This document shows positions 1 through 8,800 of a stretch of DNA of 64,000 bases, piece by piece. The position numbers were made by a program, and so were the translations under genes. The notes below the pieces were generated by a model. It had not been told where the DNA came from. It saw only the letters and a list, made by a program, of their open reading frames with translations, and made no database searches. The DNA is taken from NCBI GenBank assembly GCA_902478965.1, contig CABSMQ010000001.1, positions 14,857-78,856 on the forward strand. The letters run 5' to 3'. How positions within the stretch are numbered: position 1 is the stretch's first letter; every line of letters begins with the position of its first letter. The DNA comes from an uncultured Collinsella sp. Its GTDB lineage: Bacteria > Actinomycetota > Coriobacteriia > Coriobacteriales > Coriobacteriaceae.

Positions 1-1476
1 GACGCCAAGATCGCCACCGACCTTGCCTGGGCAAGCGACGCCGTGCGCGACGCCGCGCTGCCTGTGCTGCACAGCGCTGGCATGCCCAATTCCCAGACCA
101 CCGCGCAGGAAGCTGCCGAGTGGCTCAACACCGATTCCCACCTTACGAGCGCGCTGAGCGCACAGCTCGCTCGTTCCCTCCAGAGCTCTGGCGCCAGGCC
201 TGCGGCCCTTAACGCGGGCACGACGGCCGAGCTGCCCTGCGGCTACTGGCTCATCGTCGCCAAAGACGACGCCATCGCCCAGAACGAGGCCGGCACCGCG
301 CCGATCATGGCCCTGGTCGGCGGCAGCGCCGTCACCGTCAAGCCCAAGGCCGCGACGCCCAAGGTCTCCAAGCACGTGCTGGAGGACAGCGCCGCCGCCT
401 GGCAGAAGGCCGCCGACGCCACGGCCGCCGACGACCTGTACTGGCGCCTCTCTGCCACGGTCCCGACCGGGCTCACCGCCTACGACACCTATACGGTGCA
501 GTTTGTCGACACCATGAGCGCGGGACTCGACCCCTCCAAGGTGGCCGCGAGCATGCGCGTGTACGTGGCGGCGGGCGCGGACGGCGGCTTTGACGCGGTC
601 CAGACCGGCAAGGACGGCCGCGCCGGCACTGAGCCCGCGAAGGGTTGGACCGACATCACGGCCCAGTGCGCCACCAAGGTAGCGGCCGACGGCAAGACCT
701 TCACCGTGCGCACCGGCGACCTGATCGCCGCGCTCGGCGGGGCCGACGCCTTCACCGCGGGCGCCCGCGTGGTCGCCGTGTACAACGCGCCGCTCAACAG
801 CGCATGCAACCACGGCATCGCGAAGGGCAACCCCAACGAGGTCTACCTGCGCTACCCGCGCTCTCCCTTTGCCGATCAGTCCGGCGACGCCGGCTTCACC
901 CGCACGCCGAGCGACGACGCGTGCGCCTACACTTGGGATCTTGCGCTCACCAAGCGCGGCAGCGACGGCGACAAGCCGCTTGCCGGGGCGGTCCTGAGCA
1001 TCGCCGACGACCGCGGCCGCACGCTGGCGGCCGACGGCACGTTGGATGCGGAGGGCAAGGCCACCGTCACCACGGGCGAGGACGGCCGCGTGACCGTCTC
1101 GGGCGTGGACTCGGGCAAGCTGGAGGTCCGCGAGCTCAAGGCGCCCAAGGGCTACACCGCCTTTGAGGGCACGCGCTCCGTGACGGTCAAGGCCGAGGGC
1201 CTGGACGTCGACCAGGTGGCCACCGCCAAGCCCAAGCTCGCCATCACGGCCGAGTCACCCCTGCGCGCCGACAGCGCGGACGGGTCGACGGGCAGCCTGG
1301 AGGCGTCGCTCATCAACACGCCCACCGGCACACCCCCTAGCATTACCACCGGAGGCTTTATGCCCTCGACTGGCGATATGGCAATGTACGCCGCGGCCGC
1401 CGCAGCGGTCGCCGGAGCCGCGCTCATCGTGGTCGCGCTCCTGGTCAAGCGGGGAGGTGGCAGCCATAAAGAGTAG
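1..1476 (+). CDS. Sortase-anchored pilin subunit, 5'-truncated by the window edge
   Basis: Frame is open from base 1. Pilin-like TPKVSK, E-box-like LEVRELKAPKGY, C-terminal MPSTG + hydrophobic segment + basic tail. Confidence 0.85.
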   Translation, partial: DAKIATDLAWASDAVRDAALPVLHSAGMPNSQTTAQEAAEWLNTDSHLTSALSAQLARSLQSSGARPAALNAGTTAELPCGYWLIVAKDDAIAQNEAGTAPIMALVGGSAVTVKPKAATPKVSKHVLEDSAAAWQKAADATAADDLYWRLSATVPTGLTAYDTYTVQFVDTMSAGLDPSKVAASMRVYVAAGADGGFDAVQTGKDGRAGTEPAKGWTDITAQCATKVAADGKTFTVRTGDLIAALGGADAFTAGARVVAVYNAPLNSACNHGIAKGNPNEVYLRYPRSPFADQSGDAGFTRTPSDDACAYTWDLALTKRGSDGDKPLAGAVLSIADDRGRTLAADGTLDAEGKATVTTGEDGRVTVSGVDSGKLEVRELKAPKGYTAFEGTRSVTVKAEGLDVDQVATAKPKLAITAESPLRADSADGSTGSLEASLINTPTGTPPSITTGGFMPSTGDMAMYAAAAAAVAGAALIVVALLVKRGGGSHKE

Positions 1477-1584
1477 CTGGCAGCCCCACAGAGAGCGGGG
1501 CGAGACGTAGCGAAGTAGATGCTAAGACACAGACAGATGATGACCGATCGAATGAGAATCAAACGGAAAACGGAGGAAAAGAAG

Positions 1585-3360
1585 ATGAGCATGAGTAAGA
1601 ACATCGCACGCCTGGCAGTAACCGCCGGCCTCACGGCAGCGCTGAGCTTCAGCGGCGTCATGGCCCCGGTGACCATGGCGTTTGCGGCCGAGGGCGACAG
1701 CAGCATCACGATCAATTGGGTCGACGAAGCCAACAAGGACAATACGTTCAAGGCTTATCAGATCTTCAAGGCTAAGGTTATTGACGCCCAGGACGGCAGC
1801 GGCAAGATTGCTTCTGACGTTAAGTGGGCAGTGGGCGAACAGGCTCAAAAGGACATTATTAAGGCTATTAGGGATAGCGAGGGCTATTCGGATTCTGATA
1901 GCAAGTTGCCTGCAGTGAATACCGAAACCGGGAAAGATCCTGCAACCCCGCAAAATGTGGCAGATTGGCTTTCTGCAAATGTGCAGAATAAGACAACTGC
2001 CAGCGTGAACGGCAATAAGGGGACGCGAGTTGCTCCTGGCGACGTGCTGTATTCGATTGCTCAAGCTGTGATGAAAGACGAGAATGCTGTTGGCGATTCC
2101 TTTAAGGCGGTCGATTCGTGGACGCGTCCGGTCGCTGCTGGCGATGGTTACTACCTCTTCGTATCTGATGATCTTACGAATGAGGCCAAGCCGAACACCG
2201 GCACCTCCCCGATTTTCGCTATCGTAGGTGGTAAGCCCGTAACGGTCACTGAGAAGACCAGCATCCCCACGGTCGATAAGCAGATTCTCGATGACACCGC
2301 AGACAAGACGGCCGCTACTGCCACGAAGGACGACTGGAAAAACGTGGGCGATGCCTGGATTGGGCAGGTAATCGACTACAAGTTGACTGGTACTGTTGCG
2401 GCCAATATTGCCACATATAATAAGTACCAGTATGTGTTCCAGGACCATCTCTCTGTTGGGCTGGATGCCGACCTAGATTCCGTCGTAGTTACTATTGGAG
2501 ATGTTACCATCCCTCGTGTAGATGCTGGTCAGTCCGCAAATGGCTATACGGTAGATCTTAGGGAAACCAAAGACAAGTCCGGGAACTCTACGGGCAACGA
2601 TCTGACGATTTCCTTCGATAACCTCAAGGCTGCTGCGGGGGCCAAGGGTGTTACACTCAATGAGAATTCCGAGGTCGTTGTGAAATACAAAGCAACGCTG
2701 ACTGACAAGGCTGAATATACTACCACCGGCAACACCAATGATGTTAAACTCGTCTATTCGAATAATCCCATGACTAGCGACACCGGTACCTCCACGTCGA
2801 AGCGAGTTACCGACCATGTCTTCCGCCTGGATGTGACCAAGGTCGAAAAGGATAACGAGGGCCAAAAACTTGAAGCTACCTTCCAAGTTAAAATGACCAA
2901 AGAGGGAGGGAAAGAGCTTAAGGATAATAGGTGGCTGACCCAAACTGGCGGCATTACCGACAAAGAGGAAAAGGCCGGAAAATTCACGACCAGCAAGGGC
3001 ACTGACAAGATTTATATCCCTGGTCTTGTTGCAGGAACGTATGAGATTACCGAATGCAATACTCCTGCTGGTTACAACACCCTTGCTCCGTTTACCATTA
3101 CGGTGGATCCGACATACGACGAGGATGGCACTCTGACGGGGCTCGATGTAACGCCCAGCAATACCGAAATGGTTACTCCCAGTACTACAAATGACGCGAC
3201 CATTCCTGTCACCATCAAGAACAAGAAGGGCTCCGGCCTCCCGCTCACCGGTCTCAACGGCGTGACCTTCACTTGGATTGCTGGTGGCGCGGTGCTGTGC
3301 ATCGGCGTGGCTCACCTCATCCGCAGCCGTAAGCAGGCCGAGGAGTCCGAGCAGGAGTAA
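1585..3360 (+). CDS. Major (backbone) pilin, SpaH/EbpC-like, LPXTG-anchored
   Basis: GGAGG SD before ATG 1585; signal peptide ending AFA; PTVDK pilin motif; E-box YEITECNTPAGY; LPLTG + TM + charged tail. Confidence 0.9.
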   Translation: MSMSKNIARLAVTAGLTAALSFSGVMAPVTMAFAAEGDSSITINWVDEANKDNTFKAYQIFKAKVIDAQDGSGKIASDVKWAVGEQAQKDIIKAIRDSEGYSDSDSKLPAVNTETGKDPATPQNVADWLSANVQNKTTASVNGNKGTRVAPGDVLYSIAQAVMKDENAVGDSFKAVDSWTRPVAAGDGYYLFVSDDLTNEAKPNTGTSPIFAIVGGKPVTVTEKTSIPTVDKQILDDTADKTAATATKDDWKNVGDAWIGQVIDYKLTGTVAANIATYNKYQYVFQDHLSVGLDADLDSVVVTIGDVTIPRVDAGQSANGYTVDLRETKDKSGNSTGNDLTISFDNLKAAAGAKGVTLNENSEVVVKYKATLTDKAEYTTTGNTNDVKLVYSNNPMTSDTGTSTSKRVTDHVFRLDVTKVEKDNEGQKLEATFQVKMTKEGGKELKDNRWLTQTGGITDKEEKAGKFTTSKGTDKIYIPGLVAGTYEITECNTPAGYNTLAPFTITVDPTYDEDGTLTGLDVTPSNTEMVTPSTTNDATIPVTIKNKKGSGLPLTGLNGVTFTWIAGGAVLCIGVAHLIRSRKQAEESEQE

Positions 3361-3461
3361 CGCTCACTCATCCATCCCCTTGGCAGGTGGGATGTGATGG
3401 CCATGAGACTTGCGGACACTTTTCTCGTCCATCCACGTTCTTGCTTTGCCATTCTCTTTTC

Positions 3462-3498
3462 GGGGCAGACTCCGCACTGGAGTCTGCCCCGTTTTTTT
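3462..3498 (+). terminator. Intrinsic terminator after the pilin genes
   Basis: GGGGCAGACTCC-loop-GGAGTCTGCCCC followed by a T run. Confidence 0.85.
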
Positions 3499-3811
3499 TG
3501 GGATAACGCAGCCAGCCTCCATCGTCCGATGCGGGCACGTTCGTCATCGCGTTTCTTGACTCGTATGAGGTTCGGTTTAAGGTCCGTAGGCGCACGCGCG
3601 GTGCGGACGGTAGAAGGCATTTGCGCCGCAGCAAGCGCAAATAAGAATGCCCGGGGGTCGGATCCCGGGCATTTAACAAAACCAGAAAACTAGGCCGCCC
3701 GCGCTCCCAAACATTTACGCGGGGTGCGTCGTTTTCTATTGATATTGTATCCCGAATCGCCCCGCCGATCCGGGACATTTTGAAAACGCAAATGCGGGCT
3801 TACGCACGAAC

Positions 3812-3862
3812 GGAATCTCTTTAATTCCGAAAATTATGTATAATTCCAATTAAAACTGGAAT
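3812..3862 (+). promoter_or_regulatory. Promoter with inverted repeats, likely autoregulatory operator
   Basis: TGTATAAT (-10 box) flanked by GGAAT..ATTCC and ATTCCA..TGGAAT inverted repeats. Confidence 0.5.
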
Positions 3863-3874
3863 CAAACGAAAACG

Positions 3875-4843
3875 ATGGAAATGAACGAAGCGCTAATCTA
3901 TTTACAAGAAGCACTAGGCCTCTCCGTCAAGATCAAAATTTGGCCTGGATTCGCACGCTTGCCGCTGCATTTGCGGGCGATTGAGGTCCGCGCTGTTGAC
4001 GCAAACGGTTTTTCGTTTTTGCTTGCAAGTTTGCCTACTGGCGTCGGGCTTCCCGAGGCTAAGAGAGTCTATAGTCAGCTAGCCTTGCGCGCGGAGACTC
4101 CTGTTGTCGTTTCGTTTCCTGATGCCGATGCACGTCAGCGCAAAGCATTGGTCGCACAAGGGATTCCCTTTGTCTGCCCGGGTAGACAGGCTTTTCTTCC
4201 ATTTATGGGCACGGCCTGCACGGAGAGGGGCGGTGCCCGGTTTCGCAATCACGCGACCAAGATGTCGCCCAACGCACAGGCTGCCGCAATCTGGGGAGCA
4301 GCCCAGGAGCCATATCGTCCCTATGACCTTTGTCGTGCGCTTGGAATCTCGGCAAGCCGCGCGAGTGAGGCCATAACCGAGCTTGTTGACAGGGGGCTCG
4401 CGAGGCGCGAGCGTCGCGAGCGACGTGTCGTCGTGTTCCCTGTTGCCGTTGATCTTCTGCTCAGCGAACACATGGCAGAGCTCTCCTCGCCTGTCTCGAA
4501 GGTCTTTTTTGCAAGGAAGACGCCGCAGATCGACTATCTTGTTGACGCCGGGGAGACGGCGCTCGCCGCGCGTTCGATGCTCGCTGCGCCGGGCATGGAA
4601 CAAAAGGCCGTCTTAAGAAGTACATGGCGTCAACTGAGCGACCTCGAAGTCGCAGACGGGGAGTTGCCGGATAACGAGACGGCGATGATCCAAGTGTGGC
4701 GCTATGCGCCCGTGTTTGCCGGCTCCTCCCGTGTCGACGACATTTCGCTTGCGCTATCTTTGGCGGCCATCGACGATGAGCGAATTCAGCTCGAAGTCGA
4801 TCGCATGTTTGGAAAGGAATATCCATGGCAAGAAGCGCTGTAG
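3875..4843 (+). CDS. wHTH-containing protein, AbiEi/type IV antitoxin-like
   Basis: Central HTH-like segment (DLCRALGISASRASEAITELVDRGL); overlaps the downstream nucleotidyltransferase gene. Confidence 0.6.
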   Translation: MEMNEALIYLQEALGLSVKIKIWPGFARLPLHLRAIEVRAVDANGFSFLLASLPTGVGLPEAKRVYSQLALRAETPVVVSFPDADARQRKALVAQGIPFVCPGRQAFLPFMGTACTERGGARFRNHATKMSPNAQAAAIWGAAQEPYRPYDLCRALGISASRASEAITELVDRGLARRERRERRVVVFPVAVDLLLSEHMAELSSPVSKVFFARKTPQIDYLVDAGETALAARSMLAAPGMEQKAVLRSTWRQLSDLEVADGELPDNETAMIQVWRYAPVFAGSSRVDDISLALSLAAIDDERIQLEVDRMFGKEYPWQEAL

Positions 4844-5598
4844 AAGGTCTCCAAAAATTTCAGCAGCATATGCAAGAAGCTGCAGGATCGTATGCTCTTA
4901 TCGGCGGCACGGCATGCGACATTTTGCTCGCGGAGGCGGGACTTCCGTTTAGGGCGACTCACGATTTTGATGTGGTAATTGTCGCCGATGACCGGTTGCC
5001 TCAGACGGCAGAAGCTATATGGACTTTGGTGCGTGATGGCGGTTATCGCTGCGGCTGGGGCGAAGGCAAAGACTCATGTTTTTATCGGTTTACAGAGCCT
5101 AAGAGGCCGGGTTACCCTCATATGATCGAACTCTTCGGGAAGTGCCCTGACTTTCTAAAGGGTCGTGAGGGGATTGATGTGGCGCCAATTCACGTTGATG
5201 AAAACATAAGCAGTCTTTCGGCAATTTTGTTGGACGATGCTTACTATAGCTTGCTCCTTCAGGGAATTCGGACCGTAGGCGGCGTTTCGGTCCTGGGTAC
5301 GGAGTACATTGTTCCGTTCAAAGCGAAGGCGTATCTCGACCTAAAAGCTAGAAGGGAAGCGGGGGAGAACGTTGATTCGAGGAAGGTAAAAAAGCATAAA
5401 CGTGATGCGCTGAGGCTTGCTCAGCTGCTTGGCGAGTCGGAAGGTGTCGACCTGCGCGGAGAGCTGAAGGACGATATGCTTGCGTTTGTTAAAGATTGTG
5501 AGGTGGGCGACGTCAATCTGAAACAGATTGGGATTGCGGGCGTAACGATGGCGCAGTTGCTCGAGACGATGAAAGCAACATATGGCTTGATTAGTTGA
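4825..5598 (+). CDS. Nucleotidyltransferase, AbiEii/type IV toxin-like
   Basis: LIGGTA...RATHDFD polymerase-beta-type motif; KAKAY...KHKRD C-terminal motif. Confidence 0.7.
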   Translation: MARSAVEGLQKFQQHMQEAAGSYALIGGTACDILLAEAGLPFRATHDFDVVIVADDRLPQTAEAIWTLVRDGGYRCGWGEGKDSCFYRFTEPKRPGYPHMIELFGKCPDFLKGREGIDVAPIHVDENISSLSAILLDDAYYSLLLQGIRTVGGVSVLGTEYIVPFKAKAYLDLKARREAGENVDSRKVKKHKRDALRLAQLLGESEGVDLRGELKDDMLAFVKDCEVGDVNLKQIGIAGVTMAQLLETMKATYGLIS

Positions 5599-5730
5599 GT
5601 GGGGTAACGTGGCCCGGACGGTGCAGTCTAGCTGCGTTGTCCGGCGCATGGGCTCGCTATTCGGCTATTATTTGTTTAGACAACTTGAGTTGTAGAGGAG
5701 TGACCGGCGATGGTGCAGGGCGCCAAACAT

Positions 5731-6648
5731 ATGAAGAGCAATAACGCCGCGGCCAACGGCGGCTCAAGCCCTCAACCCAAACCTCAACCAAAGCCCAGGC
5801 GTCGTCGCAAGCGGTTGCCGCGCTGGGCCGACCGTCTCATCACCATCGTCATCATCCTTATTGGCGTGGGCCTTATGACCTGGCCGTGGATCTTGGACCG
5901 GCTCGAGGCCTCGGGCGTGTTCAACCAGATCAGCACGGTGTCCAGCACCGTGGACGCGCTGTCTGCCGAGGAGCGCGAGCGCATTCTGCTCCAGGCGCGC
6001 TCCTTTAACGAGCAGCTGGCGGGCGAGGCCACCGAGCTCCCCGCCGACCAGATCGAGCCCTACGCCCAGCAGCTCATCTTCGACCGCGACCCCATGATGA
6101 GCTGGGTCGAGATCCCCTCCATCGACGTGAGCATGCCCATCTACCACGGCACGAGCGAGGAAGTCCTTATGGCGGGCGTCGGCCACCTGGAGGGCACGAG
6201 CCTGCCGGTGGGCGGCACCTCGACGCATTGCGTGCTCACCGCGCACTCGGGCATGCGCAACCTGAGCATGTTCGACGACATCCACTCGCTGGAGCCCGGC
6301 GACCTGGTGCTGCTGCACACCATGAACAAGACGCTCGCCTACAAGATGGTGGACTCCGAGGTGGTGCTGCCCGAGGAGATGGAGTCGCTGACCATCGAGC
6401 CCGGTGCCGACAAGGTGACGCTCGTCACCTGCACGCCCTACGGCGTGAACAACCATCGCCTGCTGGTGCATTGCGTACGCACCAAGTACAGCAAGAAGGA
6501 CGTCGACAAGCAAAAGTCGCTGGCCGGCCGCCACTGGGGCAAGCGCGAGTTTGCCGTGCTTATCGTGGTCGTGGCCATTGTTCTGTTGCTGCTGGACATC
6601 GTTATCCACGCGGTCCGCAAGCGCCGCAAGGCCAAGGCCTCGGCATAA
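5731..6648 (+). CDS. srtC: Class C (pilus) sortase
   Basis: GHLEGTSLPVGG, TAHSG and TLVTCTPYGVN motifs; N- and C-terminal TM segments. Confidence 0.95.
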   Translation: MKSNNAAANGGSSPQPKPQPKPRRRRKRLPRWADRLITIVIILIGVGLMTWPWILDRLEASGVFNQISTVSSTVDALSAEERERILLQARSFNEQLAGEATELPADQIEPYAQQLIFDRDPMMSWVEIPSIDVSMPIYHGTSEEVLMAGVGHLEGTSLPVGGTSTHCVLTAHSGMRNLSMFDDIHSLEPGDLVLLHTMNKTLAYKMVDSEVVLPEEMESLTIEPGADKVTLVTCTPYGVNNHRLLVHCVRTKYSKKDVDKQKSLAGRHWGKREFAVLIVVVAIVLLLLDIVIHAVRKRRKAKASA

Positions 6649-6660
6649 GACATCGTTCAG

Positions 6661-6697
6661 AACCACCACAATGGGGACAGGCACCTTTGTGGTGGTT
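6661..6697. repeat. REP-like palindrome (family A)
   Basis: AACCACCACAA..GGGGACAGGCACC..TTGTGGTGGTT; a near-identical reverse-complement copy lies at 48820-48854. Confidence 0.8.
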
Positions 6698-6706
6698 GGG
6701 GCTTCC

Positions 6707-6838
6707 AAACCATCACAACATTCGATGAAAATCTCGATTTTGGCGAAAAACGTCGAATGTTGTGATGGTTTTCGTTGTGGGCGAGACGGTTTTCGCTATG
6801 GACGGGACGGTTTTCGCTATGGACGGTGCGGTTTCGCT
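6707..6838. repeat. 19-bp inverted repeat plus 21-bp tandem repeats
   Basis: AAACCATCACAACATTCGA / TCGAATGTTGTGATGGTTT; GACGGTTTTCGCTATGGACGG twice, with degenerate flanking copies. Confidence 0.75.
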
Positions 6839-6974
6839 GCGGAACCGCCAGCCTGCCGCCTGCCAGCCCGCCGTCCTCGTTACGTTTTCGCTGCATTTGG
6901 GTAAAGCGCCTGCTCCAAGCCGGCGTTGCCTTGTATACTAGAGCGGTTTAACTGCTATGCGGAAGGGAGCGCCT

Positions 6975-7286
6975 ATGGCACTCAGCGAGAAAGACGTGCG
7001 CGGCATCGCCGAGTACGCAAAGATCGCACTGACCGATGACGAGCTCACCCAGATGACGTCCTATCTGAACGACGCCGTCCAGATGCTCGAGCCCGTCTTG
7101 CAATATGACTTGCCCGACGTGGAGCCCACGTTCCATCCTATCGGAAGCCTGTCCAACGTGATGGGCGATGATCTGCGCGAGCCCGAGCGCGACCTGCCGC
7201 TCGAAGTTGCGCTCGAAAACGCCGGCAGCGCGCGCGACCGCTACTTCCGCGTGCCGTCCATTTTGGGAGAGGGGGAGAGCGAGTAA
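6975..7286 (+). CDS. gatC: Asp/Glu-tRNA amidotransferase subunit C
   Basis: Typical size, YFRVPSIL near the C-terminus, directly upstream of gatA. Confidence 0.95.
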   Translation: MALSEKDVRGIAEYAKIALTDDELTQMTSYLNDAVQMLEPVLQYDLPDVEPTFHPIGSLSNVMGDDLREPERDLPLEVALENAGSARDRYFRVPSILGEGESE

Positions 7287-8800
7287 TGGCGCAGAGCTTC
7301 GATTCCCTTACCGCTGCCCAGATCGCCGCGGGCGTTGCTGCCGGCGACTTTACCGCTACCGAGGTGGCCCAGGCCTCCCTTGCCGCCATCGAGGCGCGCG
7401 AGGGCGGGGTCCAGGCATTCCTGCAGGTGGCGCCCGAGCTTGCGCTCGAGGCCGCCGCGCGCGTGGATGCCGACCGTGCCGCAGGCAAGCCGCTGCCCCC
7501 GCTCGCGGGCGTGCCGCTGGCCATCAAGGACAACATGAACCTCGTGGGTACGCGCACCACCTGCGCTTCCCGTATGCTCGAGGACTACCAGAGCGTCTAT
7601 ACCGCTACCTGCGTCCAGCGCATGCTCGATGCCGGCTGCCTGCCCATGGGCAAGGCCAACATGGACGAGTTTGCCTTTGGCAGCTCCACTGAGAGCTCGG
7701 CGTTCCACCGCACCAACAACCCTTGGGATACCGAGCGCGTGCCCGGCGGCTCCTCGGGCGGCTCCGCTGCAGCCGTCGCCGCGGGCGAGGTCGCGCTGTC
7801 GCTGGGCTCGGACACCGGCGGCTCCATTCGCCAGCCGGCGTCGCTGTGCGGCGTGGTGGGCTTTAAGCCCACGTATGGCGCCGTGAGCCGTTACGGCGTG
7901 GTTGCCTTTGGCTCGTCGCTCGACCAGGTGGGCCCCTTTGGCCGCACGGTCGAGGATGTCGCGCTGGCCATGAACGCGCTTACCGGCGCGGGCCACGATC
8001 CGTACGACTGCACCAGCCAGGATTGCGCTGTCGACTTTACCGAGCATCTCAACGACAGCATCGAGGGTAAGCGCGTGGGCATCATCCCCGCGTTTATGGA
8101 GACCGAGGGCCTGACGCCCGAGGTCAAGGTCGCTGTTCAGCGCGCCGCCCAGGAGCTGCAGAACCAGGGCGCCGAGCTGGTCGAGGTCGACCTGCCGCAC
8201 CTGGACGCCGCCATTGCCGCCTACTACGTCATCGGCCCGGCCGAGGCGTTCTCCAACCTGGCCCGCTTCGATGGCATTCGCTACGGCTATCAGGAGGAGG
8301 GCTGCGCCAACCTGTCCGACCAGAGTTCGCTTTCGCGCGCCCACGGCTTTGGTGCCGAGGCCAAGCGCCGTCAGATGCTCGGCGCCTACCTGCTGAGCTC
8401 GGGCGTGTACGACAAGTATTATTACGCCGCGCAGAAGGCCCGCACGCTCATCACGCAGGACTACGACGCTGCGTATGCCAAGGTGGACACCATCCTCATG
8501 CCCGCCTCGCCGCGCACGGCCTTTAAGTTTGGCGAGATCAGCGACCCCACGCAGATGTACCTCTCCGACCTGTACACCATCTCGCTCAACATTTGCGGCA
8601 ACGGTGGCATCTCGGTGCCGCTGGGCTTGGGTGAGGATACTCAACTGCCCGTTTCTGCCCAGCTGGTGGGACCTGCCTTTAAGGACCGTCAGCTGCTCAC
8701 GTTTGCCCGCGCCCTGGAGCGCGGCTTTGCCGATGCCGCCACGGGTGCGCCCGCGCTTTCCGTCGCGCCCGATTTTGCCGGGAAGGGAGGCGAGCTGTAA
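7286..8800 (+). CDS. gatA: Asp/Glu-tRNA amidotransferase subunit A
   Basis: Amidase signature PGGSSGGSAAAV...GSDTGGSIRQPA. Confidence 0.97.
   Translation: MAQSFDSLTAAQIAAGVAAGDFTATEVAQASLAAIEAREGGVQAFLQVAPELALEAAARVDADRAAGKPLPPLAGVPLAIKDNMNLVGTRTTCASRMLEDYQSVYTATCVQRMLDAGCLPMGKANMDEFAFGSSTESSAFHRTNNPWDTERVPGGSSGGSAAAVAAGEVALSLGSDTGGSIRQPASLCGVVGFKPTYGAVSRYGVVAFGSSLDQVGPFGRTVEDVALAMNALTGAGHDPYDCTSQDCAVDFTEHLNDSIEGKRVGIIPAFMETEGLTPEVKVAVQRAAQELQNQGAELVEVDLPHLDAAIAAYYVIGPAEAFSNLARFDGIRYGYQEEGCANLSDQSSLSRAHGFGAEAKRRQMLGAYLLSSGVYDKYYYAAQKARTLITQDYDAAYAKVDTILMPASPRTAFKFGEISDPTQMYLSDLYTISLNICGNGGISVPLGLGEDTQLPVSAQLVGPAFKDRQLLTFARALERGFADAATGAPALSVAPDFAGKGGEL

Noticed and set aside
3368..3778. Short ORFs between the pilin and the HTH gene
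   Set aside because: They span terminator hairpins and lack SD or coding-like composition.
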